A stretch of 64,000 nt of DNA from Candidatus Heimdallarchaeum aukensis (GTDB lineage Archaea > Asgardarchaeota > Heimdallarchaeia > Heimdallarchaeales > Heimdallarchaeaceae): NCBI GenBank assembly GCA_021513695.1, contig CP084166.1, forward strand, positions 928,001 to 992,000. The letters run 5' to 3'. A program made the translations under genes and the position numbers. The notes below the pieces were generated by a model, which was not told the DNA's origin, ran no database searches, and saw nothing but the letters and a program-made list of their open reading frames with translations. Shown here piece by piece: positions 1 through 10,057 of this stretch; the first letter of the stretch is position 1; the number at the start of each line of letters is the position of its first letter.

Positions 1-335
1 TTCCTTAATTTCAATTTTTTAATTATTTCTAATTATTTCGATAATCTCTGATTATCTCTTTTTTACCTTAAACGATTCTTCGGCGAACCGAAATAAACCC
101 CACTATTAAATTTTTTAAGTTGAAGAAAAACAAAGAAAGCTAGCAAAGAAGGTTAAATGAACTGTTCAAGAGAAAAAAAAATTATTTTGCTAAATTTTAA
201 CTTAAACTATTAAAGATATTAACTGTTTTCTGGCCAAGGATAGATAAAATTTCTTGCATCTCTTCTTCTATTGTATACTCAACTCACATTGGTAACAAAT
301 AAATAGAAGTGGGTTACGTGGGTAAGTGATATATT

Positions 336-1086
336 ATGAACAAACCCGAACGTAACCTGGAGAAACTAAGAAAGATTGTGGTTAAAAAAGCTTTGGAAGG
401 AGAGAAGATAAAAGAGATAGCTCACAAGTATATGGTGAGTAGGAAGTTTGTGTATAAGTGGTTGAAGAGGTTCAGAGAGAACCATGAAGGAGAATGGTGG
501 AAAGATAGATCTTCCAGACCAAAAACTATACACAAAAAAGTAGATGAGGAGTTAAAAGAGAGGATAAGGGAGTTAAGAATAAAACAAGGAATGAATGTGG
601 AGAAGATAGCTTATTTGTTGAAGAGAGAAGGAAAAGCACTCTCTCAGACGACAGTGACGAAAGTAATAAAAGAGTTAGGTCTTCCTTTATGGGTTAATAG
701 AAAAAAGAGGAAGAGACCTCGATACAAGAGTTTTGAACGTCAAAAACCTAACGAACTCTGGTAGATAGATGTGAAAGGACCATTCTGGGTAGAAGAACAG
801 GGACAACATCTCCACCTCATAACCTTGATAGACGACCAGTCACGATTCTGTCTGGGAGCTAAATTCCACCCTTTTGCACCAAGAAAAGAGCAGATAATAA
901 GTTTACTAGAGGAAGCAATAAAAGAGTACGGTTACCCCGAGTCTATCCTCACGGACAATGGAGCACTCTTCTCTTCCGTTAGAGGGAGGAACAAGTACCT
1001 TCTCCCGTTGGTGCCAAACAGAGGGAATAAAACACATCAGAGCTAGAGTTTTTCACCCCGAAACATGTGGAAAAGTAGAAAGATAA
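336..1086 (+). pseudogene. Degraded IS481-like transposase (N-terminal HTH + rve/DDE integrase core), interrupted and 3'-truncated
   Basis: ORFs 336..764 and 771..1046 share one frame, separated only by TAG (762-764): ...QKPNELW*IDVKGPFWV... The stop sits at the conserved entry to the DDE core. The second catalytic region ILTDNGALFSS is present. The conserved C-terminal HPxTxGKVER motif (IKHIRARVFHPETCGKVER) reads only in another frame at 1027-1086, so there is also a frameshift. The gene ends 8 nt before the convergent chelatase gene. Confidence 0.75.
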
Positions 1087-1094
1087 ATCTATGA

Positions 1095-3113
1095 CTATAT
1101 CCTTATTATTTCTGCTCTTGTGTGTTGTGTTATTAGTTCTAAATATGATGGAGCAGGATCTATTCCTTTTTTGTTTCTTGTATCAAATATTGTCATTTTT
1201 ATTTTCTCTTTATTTATTGTTTGTGATAATTCTTCAATTTCCTTCTTTATACTCTTATTCTGTAATGAAGTGTTAGCTTTTCCATCAGTTATTAGTAACG
1301 CTTCTACAATACTCTTTCTGTTCTTATTGCGGAATTTTTTTGTGATACTTAATAGGGATTGAAATCCTGATGCTAATGGCGTTCTTCCTCCTGTAGGTAA
1401 AGTTTTCAATGCATCTATTACACGACAATAATCTCTTGTAGGAGGTACTGTAACATTAGCTTTCTTTCCTCTGAATGCTATCATACCAATATAGTCTCTT
1501 TTTACATATGCTTTTTCAACAAACTTTTCTGCTAAGCCTTTTGCTACACTAATTCTCCTTTGTAATCCCATGCTACCACTAGAATCTAAGATAATCAAGG
1601 TGAGTTTTGGTAATTGTTGTTTTCTTACTTTTACTCGTATCTCATCATCTGTAATTCTTAGTGGTAATTTCTTCATATTCCCTATAGCAGCATACAAGGT
1701 TCCAGATATGTCAATATCTCGTAATTGTTCCTTCTTATTTGGAGGTACATATGAAACAGGATGGCCTTGTAGTGAACCTACTGTTGTTATTCTAGCACTC
1801 CTTGAACCTCTCCACATATGATCGTCACTTAAGTTCTCATGTGCTCGCTGTATCTTTTTTTTTATCTCAATATCTGTTTTTGCACTCTCAAACGTTTCTT
1901 CATGTTCTCCCATTTTGTTATTATCTATATCGTTAGGCTTTTTTTTTACCTCTCTTTCAGCTTTTGTTTCCTCATTTCTTCCTTCCTGTTTTTCTTCTTC
2001 GTTTTTGTTGGATTCCATATCCTTTGTAATTTTTTCTATCATCTCTTGGGGAGCTATGTTATCAAATGGATTTGTTCTTAATCTATGGGGTAAAGCTAGT
2101 TCCATTGCTTTTTTTATGTCCTCTAATGTTACATCTCTACGTCCATCAAGTGCTGCAATTGCCTTTGCTGTTTTTACTGTAACAATTTCAGCTCTATGTG
2201 TCTTTATCCCTAATTTCATTATTGATTTTATTAAGGAGTTTAACAATTCATCATTAATGATTATTGTATCAATAATTTTCCTTGCATCAGTTACTGCTTT
2301 TCTAATTGTATTCTCTTCTCTTTCATATTCCAAGTAAAATTTATCTGGATTCTTGTGAAACTTTTCGACTCTTCTTATAACCTCAATTCTTTCTTCAAAC
2401 TTCTCCAAAGCCTCAATATTAACGTATAAACCAAATCTGTCCAACAATTGGGGGCGTAATTCCCCTTCTTCAGGGTTCATACTCCCTACTAATATAAATC
2501 TCGCAGGATGTTTTACTGAAATGCCCTCCCTTTCAATAATATTCCATCCCATAGCTGCAGCATCAAGCAATACATCAGCTACATAGTCATCTAAAAGATT
2601 CACTTCGTCAATGTACAAGATATTTCTATTTGCTTCTGCTAATATTCCCAGTTCTAAAGCTCTTACACCTTGGGTTAAAGCTTTTTTTATGTTCAGTGTT
2701 CCAACTAGTCTGTCTACTGTAACAGTTAATGGTAAATCTACTACTCTCATTCGTTTTGATGAGATTTTCAATTTCTGCCCTTCTATTGTCATACCATAAC
2801 AGGAATCGCACATTTCTAAATGATGGTACGGATTACAGTTGAAAGGACATTGTGCTACAACCTCAACCTCTGGTAGGACATATGATAATGCCCGAACAAT
2901 TGTTGACTTACCTGTGCCTTTTTCGCCAGTTAGGAGCACTCCTCCTATCGTTGGATCAACTGCGCAACATAGTAGTGCAAGTTTAGCTTTTTCCTGTTCC
3001 ACTATAGCAGTGAAGGGAAATACGATCTTTCTTTCATTTTTGTTCCTTTCTGTTAGATGTCCCATTTTGTATTCACTCATCTCTTTAGTTTTCATTCTCT
3101 TTGTTTTGAACAA
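1095..3113 (-). CDS. Chelatase ATPase subunit: fused ChlI/BchI-like AAA+ domain and ChlD/BchD-like vWA domain
   Basis: 672-aa ORF. Walker A GEKGTGKST, Walker B ILYIDEVNLL, ChlI signature VGSMNPEEGELRPQLLDRF. Lys/Glu-rich linker. C-terminal vWA with MIDAS-like LIILDSSGSM. Overlaps the cobN 3' end by 29 nt on the same strand; the true start may be an internal Met. Confidence 0.85.
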   Translation of the reverse strand: MFKTKRMKTKEMSEYKMGHLTERNKNERKIVFPFTAIVEQEKAKLALLCCAVDPTIGGVLLTGEKGTGKSTIVRALSYVLPEVEVVAQCPFNCNPYHHLEMCDSCYGMTIEGQKLKISSKRMRVVDLPLTVTVDRLVGTLNIKKALTQGVRALELGILAEANRNILYIDEVNLLDDYVADVLLDAAAMGWNIIEREGISVKHPARFILVGSMNPEEGELRPQLLDRFGLYVNIEALEKFEERIEVIRRVEKFHKNPDKFYLEYEREENTIRKAVTDARKIIDTIIINDELLNSLIKSIMKLGIKTHRAEIVTVKTAKAIAALDGRRDVTLEDIKKAMELALPHRLRTNPFDNIAPQEMIEKITKDMESNKNEEEKQEGRNEETKAEREVKKKPNDIDNNKMGEHEETFESAKTDIEIKKKIQRAHENLSDDHMWRGSRSARITTVGSLQGHPVSYVPPNKKEQLRDIDISGTLYAAIGNMKKLPLRITDDEIRVKVRKQQLPKLTLIILDSSGSMGLQRRISVAKGLAEKFVEKAYVKRDYIGMIAFRGKKANVTVPPTRDYCRVIDALKTLPTGGRTPLASGFQSLLSITKKFRNKNRKSIVEALLITDGKANTSLQNKSIKKEIEELSQTINKEKIKMTIFDTRNKKGIDPAPSYLELITQHTRAEIIRI

Positions 3114-6100
3114 ATTTGTTCCATGTTTGTGTTATATTAGTTAATTTATTCTTCCAGTTTTCTACCTCTTCTGGACTATACATCCTTATTTCTCCCCCTT
3201 GAATCTCTGCTTCTCCACCTAAACTATCCTCTAGTACACCTTCAATATCGGCATATGCTTCTTCTAAATTGTCTTTCATCTCTTCTGTGGGTTGCCACAA
3301 CTTCCTTTCTATTGCTTCAGTAAGTCTTCTAGAAATCTCTTCTGCTGCCCATATATTGTTTTCAGCAAACCATTTTCTCATTTCTTCATCAATTATGTAT
3401 GTTTCTGCAATGTTATCGAATACCCAATCGTTAACTAATTTCGTTGTTGATGACCAGCCGTACAAATGCAAGATTTTCTTTGAGAATTCATTTGCTCCTC
3501 GATAACCATGCTTCTTCATTTCAGATATCCATGTTGGATTTAGCAGTTTTGCTCTTACAATTCTCTCTATCTCTTCTTTTATTCCTCGTATTTCTGCTCT
3601 TGTTATGTCTTTAGTATCTACAACAACTATTTCTACATCGTCTTTACCAGTCAGACTTTTTACTGTATTATAAAAACCTCCATGGGTGGAAAAATAACAG
3701 CAACAATTGAGAATATCATGTTCATCAGTAATATGATTTCTTGTAATAACTTCGACATTTTTCAAGTTCATTATTAAGCCTTCAGGGTTTGGTTCACCAA
3801 ATAGCTTTTTAGTATACATGTAACAGCCCCATTGTACCCACGTTTTAGCTAGATCTTCGTCATCTTTCCAAGCTGACGATTCAATAGCATAATTTACTCC
3901 AGATCCATAAGTACCTGAAGGGCTACACCAAACCCTACATTTTGCAATTTCGTGATTTTTTTCCCCACGTAACTCAGTCAAATATTCAAGATAATGCTTT
4001 TTGACATAATTAACATCTGTTGACTCTTCAAGCATAACAACCTTTGATACTGCTTCATCGATCAACTGAAAATAAATTGGTAGAGTATCTCTTACTATTC
4101 CACTGATTCGAACAGAAACATCGATTCGTGGCCTTCCAAGTTCTTCTAACGGAATAACTTCAACTCCTTTAACTGTTCCATCGGTTCGCCAAATAGGCTT
4201 AGTTCCTAATAAATAAAGAATCTGTGAGATCTGTTCTCCGTCTCCTTTATAACCATCAAGACTCCATAACCATTGACCAATAGTTTCTGGATATTTGCCA
4301 TGATGCTTATCGTAATGTTCAAGTAATTTTTCTGCTGTCTCTATTCCTATCTTCCATGCTGCGCGTGTTGGAATACTTGTAGGATCAATAGCATAAAAAT
4401 TCCTTCCAGTGGGTAGTATCTCTATCTTCCCTCTTGTTATTGACCCTGAGGGGCCAGGTTCTATAAACTGTCCACTTATCCCATATAAGAATCCATCTGT
4501 TTCAACTTTACATTCTTGAATTCTTTTTGCTATTTCTAATGCTCTTTGAAATGCTTCAAGAGCTTCTGCCTTTGAAGTGAATTTTAATTTTAATTCATTC
4601 ACTTTGGAACTCATATTTTCTATTAACTTCTTATGGAGGATTTCTGTGAAAGCTTCCATCGTGAGTTTTTCGTTATTAGTTTCATTTTCAAGAAGAGTCT
4701 TCAAAACCTCTATTGCAACTTTATGTAATATTTTAAGAGTATCTTTATTTAGAAGACCATATTCATTAATAACTAGTTTGTTGTTTCTTAAATGATTATA
4801 ATCAAGCCCAATACACTCTGCAAGACACCTTCTTATTGAATGAAATGAATGGGTATCATAACTCATTGTAGTGACTACATATTCTGCTAACTTTACTGAG
4901 TTTTTAGTGGGGTAGCCAAAAATATGCAATCCCATTTCGATTTGTGTTTCCATTGTCGCGTTTAGATAATTATGGATCTCCTCTACAACATGTTTAGGAT
5001 CTTCTTTTGTGATTGGAATATTGCTTTCTTTTGCTTTTTTTATGAGCTCTTCATATATTACTCTCACCCTAGCATTGTCACCCAGTTGTTCTGCTTTAGA
5101 ATATTCAGTTAATAATGAATCGATTTCGTCAAGCACTTCTGCCATTGCTAAAGGAGGGTACATGTGATCCACTATAGTGGCATAGCTTCTTCTCTTAGCT
5201 ATTACTCCTTCCATCGGATTCGAAACATTATAGACATATAGATGAGGAATATCATCAATAGATATTTCTGGCCAACATGAAGGTGATAAACCTACTCCTT
5301 TACCTGGTCTAAATTCAAGGTATCCATGTGTTCCAAAATGAACAATCATGTTTGCCTTCCAAATTCTTGAAATCCATCTATATACTGCAAACCATTGATG
5401 TGGAGGTGAAATCGATGGGTCATGAAGAATTTTGCATACATTGCCATCACAAGCTGCACCCGCACAGCCAGGCTTTGGTTGCGTGATAACTAGAACATTT
5501 CCAAAACTTATACCTGGTATGACAAACTTATTGTTATAAACCATACCAATTAACGGTTTAGGAGCTTTTCCCAAAAGAATATCCTCAGGATAGCCCCAAT
5601 CTTCTTGAATTTTCTCTTTAGTATCTATAGGTAGCTCGTTAAACCAGTTCATATATGTTTTAAGATCAGAATAACCAACTGCTCCACCTTTTTTCACTAT
5701 TTCGTCAACAGATGTCCAACGAAACTCACTTATTGCTTTTCGTTCAGTGAACATCTCAACTAGCTCTTTTCCATCCTTTGGAAGCGTTTCACCAATATTG
5801 TAACCTCTCTTCTTTAAGTCTTTAAGAAGTCGAACAACACTTTCGGGAACATCAAGGCCAAATCCAACACCAATACTTCCTTCAAGACTCTTACATGGCG
5901 GAGTTATTAGGACAATTGCTATTTTTCGCTTCTCTGGAGGAAGATATCGTAAAGTGATCCATTTCTTTACACGTTTAGCGATATATTGGGCATGGTGTTC
6001 AAAACATTCGTACCTCTTTATTCCTTGGGGATCAATCTTTGCACCACCTAAATATATAGGCTCAATAATCCCATCTACTTCAGGCATGATTACTGTATAG

Positions 6101-6987
6101 ATTTGACTCATGTAACTGATGCCTGTTTCATCAGAGAGCCAATCGTTGATACCTTTAGAGAAGTCTCGTACTCCTTGAAGTATTGGTATATTCATCTTTT
6201 TAAGTAATTCAAGCCCTCTCACACTTTTGAATCCTTCAGATTTTAATCGTATTATTTTTCTACTAAGTAAAAAGAAACTAGTTAAATTGATTAGAACATC
6301 GATAGTTGGCTTTTCATCTTTTATGAAAAAAGTTTGAATTGTACTTTCACTATCTGGAGCATCTACTCTTGTATCGCCAAAGGAATATGTGAATACAGGT
6401 ATAACGCCTATTCCTTCTTCTTCTAACGCATCTATAATCGGTTTCACATAATCAGTGTTGCCATATAGCCAAATCGATCTGTAAAACATTATCCCTACAA
6501 ATTTCTTTTCATTATGTGGATAGATCTTTAAATAATCATTTAGTTCGTTGAAAGTGCCATATTTAGGATGCCATATTCCATGCCATGGAACTTTTTTTAA
6601 TCCATCAACTTCAATATTTTCCCCCAAAGCTTGCAAAAGCAAGCGAATAAGTTGTGTAAGATTCTGCTCTCCTCCGAACTTATAAAATGCAATAGCCTTA
6701 CTGATTACCTCATTTGTAGCTTTAGAGAGATGAACTGTTGAGTCGGATCCAGAAATTATAATCTTTGCACTGCTTTGACTAATTGCTTTCTCAACATCTG
6801 TAGAAAGGCCAGCAGAATAGATAAAAATGGCATCTGCATTCTTAATGAATTCTTCGTGTTTTGTGGCTTGAGAATCTGTTGTAATAATATACCTGAATCC
6901 ATTTTTTTCTGATTCCTTTGACAAGGCTTTTGATAGTGATGGTATTGCTGTTCCACTATAACCTATGATAAATGCTAAATTAATCAT
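3085..6987 (-). CDS. cobN: CobN / Mg-chelatase H family large chelatase subunit (cobaltochelatase-type)
   Basis: 1300-aa ORF of CobN size. Family motifs MIVHFGTHGYLEFRPGKG and ILPTGRNFYAIDP. Immediately upstream of the ChlI/ChlD-type partner. Confidence 0.9.
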   Translation of the reverse strand: MINLAFIIGYSGTAIPSLSKALSKESEKNGFRYIITTDSQATKHEEFIKNADAIFIYSAGLSTDVEKAISQSSAKIIISGSDSTVHLSKATNEVISKAIAFYKFGGEQNLTQLIRLLLQALGENIEVDGLKKVPWHGIWHPKYGTFNELNDYLKIYPHNEKKFVGIMFYRSIWLYGNTDYVKPIIDALEEEGIGVIPVFTYSFGDTRVDAPDSESTIQTFFIKDEKPTIDVLINLTSFFLLSRKIIRLKSEGFKSVRGLELLKKMNIPILQGVRDFSKGINDWLSDETGISYMSQIYTVIMPEVDGIIEPIYLGGAKIDPQGIKRYECFEHHAQYIAKRVKKWITLRYLPPEKRKIAIVLITPPCKSLEGSIGVGFGLDVPESVVRLLKDLKKRGYNIGETLPKDGKELVEMFTERKAISEFRWTSVDEIVKKGGAVGYSDLKTYMNWFNELPIDTKEKIQEDWGYPEDILLGKAPKPLIGMVYNNKFVIPGISFGNVLVITQPKPGCAGAACDGNVCKILHDPSISPPHQWFAVYRWISRIWKANMIVHFGTHGYLEFRPGKGVGLSPSCWPEISIDDIPHLYVYNVSNPMEGVIAKRRSYATIVDHMYPPLAMAEVLDEIDSLLTEYSKAEQLGDNARVRVIYEELIKKAKESNIPITKEDPKHVVEEIHNYLNATMETQIEMGLHIFGYPTKNSVKLAEYVVTTMSYDTHSFHSIRRCLAECIGLDYNHLRNNKLVINEYGLLNKDTLKILHKVAIEVLKTLLENETNNEKLTMEAFTEILHKKLIENMSSKVNELKLKFTSKAEALEAFQRALEIAKRIQECKVETDGFLYGISGQFIEPGPSGSITRGKIEILPTGRNFYAIDPTSIPTRAAWKIGIETAEKLLEHYDKHHGKYPETIGQWLWSLDGYKGDGEQISQILYLLGTKPIWRTDGTVKGVEVIPLEELGRPRIDVSVRISGIVRDTLPIYFQLIDEAVSKVVMLEESTDVNYVKKHYLEYLTELRGEKNHEIAKCRVWCSPSGTYGSGVNYAIESSAWKDDEDLAKTWVQWGCYMYTKKLFGEPNPEGLIMNLKNVEVITRNHITDEHDILNCCCYFSTHGGFYNTVKSLTGKDDVEIVVVDTKDITRAEIRGIKEEIERIVRAKLLNPTWISEMKKHGYRGANEFSKKILHLYGWSSTTKLVNDWVFDNIAETYIIDEEMRKWFAENNIWAAEEISRRLTEAIERKLWQPTEEMKDNLEEAYADIEGVLEDSLGGEAEIQGGEIRMYSPEEVENWKNKLTNITQTWNKFVQNKENEN

Positions 6988-6989
6988 GA

Positions 6990-7781
6990 TTAATCGGTCA
7001 CCTCGACTGGATAAACACTGATTGGATAGACAATTTTACAATGATTGTTGTTGATTATTCTCGCGTTTATTCCATATGCTTTTGCGATATTTGCTTCATT
7101 AATGACTACTTCTGGTTTTCCTGCCCCTATTATTTGACCTTTAGCAAGTATAACAATAAAATTTGAAAATCTCAATGCTAAATTAGGATCATGTTGGCTC
7201 ATTATTGCGCATATTTTTCTTTCTTTTACAATCTTGTTAATTATAGTCATAACTTTTAGTTGGTTTTTCAGATCTAAATGTGCAGTTGGTTCATCAAGAA
7301 TCAACACTTCTGGCTCTTGAGTTAAAGCTCTTGCAATTAATAATAATTGGCGTTCTCCTCCGCTAATTTGAGTATATGACCTGTCTCTCATATGGTAAAG
7401 ATTAACAAGTTTCAGCATTTCTTCAGCTTTAGAATAATCCTCTTCTGATGGCAGAGAAAACATTGAAGTGTAGGGAGTTCGCCCTAAAAGAACAAAATCT
7501 AGAGCAGAAAGAGCAAATAAAGGATTGTGATTTTGAGGAACATACCCGATTATTTTTGCCCTTTCCCTTTGTCCTATCTCGAAAATACTTTTCTTGTCTA
7601 TAAAAATACAGCCTTTTTTTGGCTTTAGAAGAGTACAGATGCATTTTAAAAGTGTAGTCTTGCCAGAACCATTTGGACCCAGTAGACTAACGACTCCACC
7701 TTTTTCAACTTGTATTTTTATCTCTCTTAATTCAAATTCAATATCATACGAAAATGAAAGATTATCAATTACTAATGCCAT
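6990..7781 (-). CDS. ABC transporter ATP-binding protein (FepC/BtuD-type, iron-siderophore/cobalamin class)
   Basis: Walker A GPNGSGKTT, signature ISGGERQ, Walker B LILDEPTAHLD. 3-nt gap to cobN and 10-nt overlap with the permease gene. Confidence 0.9.
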   Translation of the reverse strand: MALVIDNLSFSYDIEFELREIKIQVEKGGVVSLLGPNGSGKTTLLKCICTLLKPKKGCIFIDKKSIFEIGQRERAKIIGYVPQNHNPLFALSALDFVLLGRTPYTSMFSLPSEEDYSKAEEMLKLVNLYHMRDRSYTQISGGERQLLLIARALTQEPEVLILDEPTAHLDLKNQLKVMTIINKIVKERKICAIMSQHDPNLALRFSNFIVILAKGQIIGAGKPEVVINEANIAKAYGINARIINNNHCKIVYPISVYPVEVTD

Positions 7782-8800
7782 ACGCCTTTACTCCTTTTTC
7801 TTAACAGGTAAAGAAAGAATGGTGCTCCACACAAAGTTGTGAGTATACCAACTGGAATTTCATAAGGTAGTAATGACCTTGCTATATTGTCAGCGAGTAA
7901 AAGAATAGATGCACCAGTTGCTGCAGATAGTGGAATTATTTTTCTATTATCAGCAGTTTTGAAGAGCATTCTTATTGTGTGCGGAATTATCAGTCCTATC
8001 CATCCTATAATGCCACATACTGAGATCAAAGAAGCAGAAACCAATGTTGCTGCTCCTAGAACTAGTAATCTCTCTTTCTCAACATTTATACCTAACGTTT
8101 TTGCTTCCTCATCCTTCATAGACAATGCATTAAGCCTCCATCTCATACCAAATAGAATTAAGGAACCTATTAAGATTGGAGGAAAAATTTGTAACACTTC
8201 TTTCCATGATATGGTTGAAAACCTTCCCAATAACCAATATACAATATCTGCAACATGGTTGGGTTCTACAATAAATTTAATAATAGATAAGCATGCTGAA
8301 AAAAGAGAAGAGACTATTATTCCTGCCAAAATAAGTGAAATTACTTGCACATCTCCCTGAGTTTTTGCTACCAAATATGTCGTACCAAATGCTATTATAC
8401 CAAATATGAAAGCAAATATTTGGACAAGAAATGAATCTAATAATAATAAAGAAATTGCAAGGGCTGCGCCAAACGCAGAACCAGCTGAAACACCTAGAAT
8501 ATACGTGTCTACAAGCGGGTTCCTAAAGACTGCTTGTAATGATGCACCAGAAACTGAAAGTGCAATTCCACCTAATACTGCTGCAATAATTCTAGGTAAT
8601 CTGATTTCGAAGATAATTACTTCATATGCTCTAGGCCATGATTTTTCTGGTGTGAGTGAAAAAATCTTAGAAATTATTATTCTTAGCACTGTTCCAGCTG
8701 GAATGTATAATCGACCAATAAAAATTGAGAAAAAAACTATAAGTAGTGGGGAAAAATAAAGAAAATAAAGAATTGCTTTTTTAGGTACTGATAGTTTCAT
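7772..8800 (-). CDS. ABC transporter permease, FecCD/BtuC family
   Basis: 342 aa and multi-TM. Conserved FecCD C-terminal block IGWIGLIIPHTIRMLFKTADNRKIIPLSAATGASILLLADNIAR. Confidence 0.9.
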   Translation of the reverse strand: MKLSVPKKAILYFLYFSPLLIVFFSIFIGRLYIPAGTVLRIIISKIFSLTPEKSWPRAYEVIIFEIRLPRIIAAVLGGIALSVSGASLQAVFRNPLVDTYILGVSAGSAFGAALAISLLLLDSFLVQIFAFIFGIIAFGTTYLVAKTQGDVQVISLILAGIIVSSLFSACLSIIKFIVEPNHVADIVYWLLGRFSTISWKEVLQIFPPILIGSLILFGMRWRLNALSMKDEEAKTLGINVEKERLLVLGAATLVSASLISVCGIIGWIGLIIPHTIRMLFKTADNRKIIPLSAATGASILLLADNIARSLLPYEIPVGILTTLCGAPFFLYLLRKRSKGVWH

Positions 8801-8832
8801 AGTAACTCACATGTAAATTTTGGTAACTAACT

Positions 8833-9894
8833 TTATTGCCATTCAAAGGGATCATTGATACCATAAATATTCATGAAGAGATTATTTGAAACAGTTTCAA
8901 AATTTATATCAGTAAATAAGTCTGGATAAGCCCACATCCCCATGCGTAGCACAATAAGTGGTGAAGCAGGAGACCATGTACTAAGTTTAGGGTATTGGAA
9001 GACCTTTTGATTTTGAACCGCACTGATACTTTGCCATTGTGTGTCATTCAATATGTCTTCAGGAGTATATTTTGCTGATCCCCAAATTACAATAACATCA
9101 GGATTCCATGCGATGATTTCTTCAATTGAAACCTCAGCATATTTTTCTTTAATATCGACAGCAGGATTGATACAACCGCATATGTGTATGTAAGTGTTTG
9201 TTACACCAAGCCCGCCTGTTACTTTTGTTTTGCTGCTCCATAAGTGAATCATTTTTAGTTTTGAATCTATTGTAAGATCATTTGTCTTTGAGGAAGGTAT
9301 ATCCATTGTTTTTTTCATATAAGTGATGATTTCACTAGCCCTGTCACTCACATTGAATATTTCACCTAAAAGCTCTATGCATTGATATAAATCATCTAAG
9401 TTGTCTAAACTAATCAGCACTACGGATATGTTTAATGCTTCTATTTGAGGAAGTATGTCTTGCATATGAGAACTTGCATAAGCTATAACAACTTCAGGAT
9501 CTTCCAGAACTAATTCCTCGATGTTCACACTAAATGAGGAACCTGGTGAGGGAACATCTGTAAGGTTGAAATTATATTGTTCATCGGCAGCTACTAAGAT
9601 TGGATTACTATAAGCGTATTTTGAGATACCAACGACTTTATCCCATTGTCCTAAGGCATATACGATATCGTAACTCTCTAAAACTACTACTCTGTTGACT
9701 TCATAGGGAATTGTTACATTGCGCCCTTCAAAATCAGTAATAACCTTATAATCTGGGAGACCAAGATTATGTGATGATAAGTAGTATAGACCAACTATAC
9801 CGCCAGTTACTATACTAGCTATAATTATTCCAATTATTATAGCTCTTGAATTTATTTTTCTCAACAAGGTCATTTTTGCTCCTATGTGCCCCAA
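8833..9894 (-). CDS. Membrane-anchored substrate-binding protein of the FecB/BtuF class
   Basis: N-terminal TM anchor (AIIIGIIIASIVTGGIVGLYY) followed by an alpha/beta binding-protein-like sequence. First gene of the transporter/chelatase operon. The track start is TTG; the probable start is ATG at 9873, preceded by GGAG. Confidence 0.75.
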   Translation of the reverse strand: MGHIGAKMTLLRKINSRAIIIGIIIASIVTGGIVGLYYLSSHNLGLPDYKVITDFEGRNVTIPYEVNRVVVLESYDIVYALGQWDKVVGISKYAYSNPILVAADEQYNFNLTDVPSPGSSFSVNIEELVLEDPEVVIAYASSHMQDILPQIEALNISVVLISLDNLDDLYQCIELLGEIFNVSDRASEIITYMKKTMDIPSSKTNDLTIDSKLKMIHLWSSKTKVTGGLGVTNTYIHICGCINPAVDIKEKYAEVSIEEIIAWNPDVIVIWGSAKYTPEDILNDTQWQSISAVQNQKVFQYPKLSTWSPASPLIVLRMGMWAYPDLFTDINFETVSNNLFMNIYGINDPFEWQ

Positions 9895-9912
9895 ATTGGA
9901 TAAGTTATAAAA

Positions 9913-9939
9913 GTGTTACGATTTTAATATTCGTAACAC
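9913..9939. promoter_or_regulatory. Perfect 9-bp inverted repeat (GTGTTACGA-N9-TCGTAACAC) abutting a TATA-like box upstream of the transporter/cobN operon
   Basis: Read directly. On the minus strand the palindrome is followed immediately by TTTTATAA (9904-9912), about 30 nt before the ATG at 9873. Confidence 0.35.
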
Positions 9940-10057
9940 ATTGTTTGTATCCGAAAAAGATTAGAATAAGAACTTTTTAGGAACAAAGCCCCTGTCTCTC
10001 AAAAATTATTTGCCAATAGATCTATAAATAGAAAAGAAAAAAAGCAAGAAGAAGAAA

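Noticed and set aside
762-764. In-frame TAG in the transposase, and in-frame TAA codons in the actin and surface-protein fossils, considered as possible stop-codon recoding (pyrrolysine or a reassigned code).
   Set aside because: TAA, TAG and TGA all terminate well-supported genes throughout the window. The affected genes also show frameshifts or truncations, so ordinary pseudogenisation is the simpler explanation.
1091-2337. Plus-strand ORFs (61-140 aa) inside the chelatase gene. The same pattern occurs at 7887-8759 (permease), 38155-38781 (EamA), 41083-41696 (caspase-like gene), 53541-54205 (hdrA), 57152-58000 (cbiM), 45245-45516 (M14), and other places.
   Set aside because: They lie antisense or out of frame within long, well-supported genes. 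Their translations are low-complexity Leu/Phe/Ser/Ile-rich strings typical of shadow ORFs in AT-rich DNA, and they have no SD.
9895-10057. Looked for a cobalamin riboswitch upstream of the transporter/cobN operon, and for tRNA/rRNA/C-D box RNAs in all intergenic regions.
   Set aside because: I recognised no conserved riboswitch core, no GC-rich cloverleaf-like segments and no convincing C/D box pairs. Absence by eye is not proof, and covariance-model scans would be decisive.
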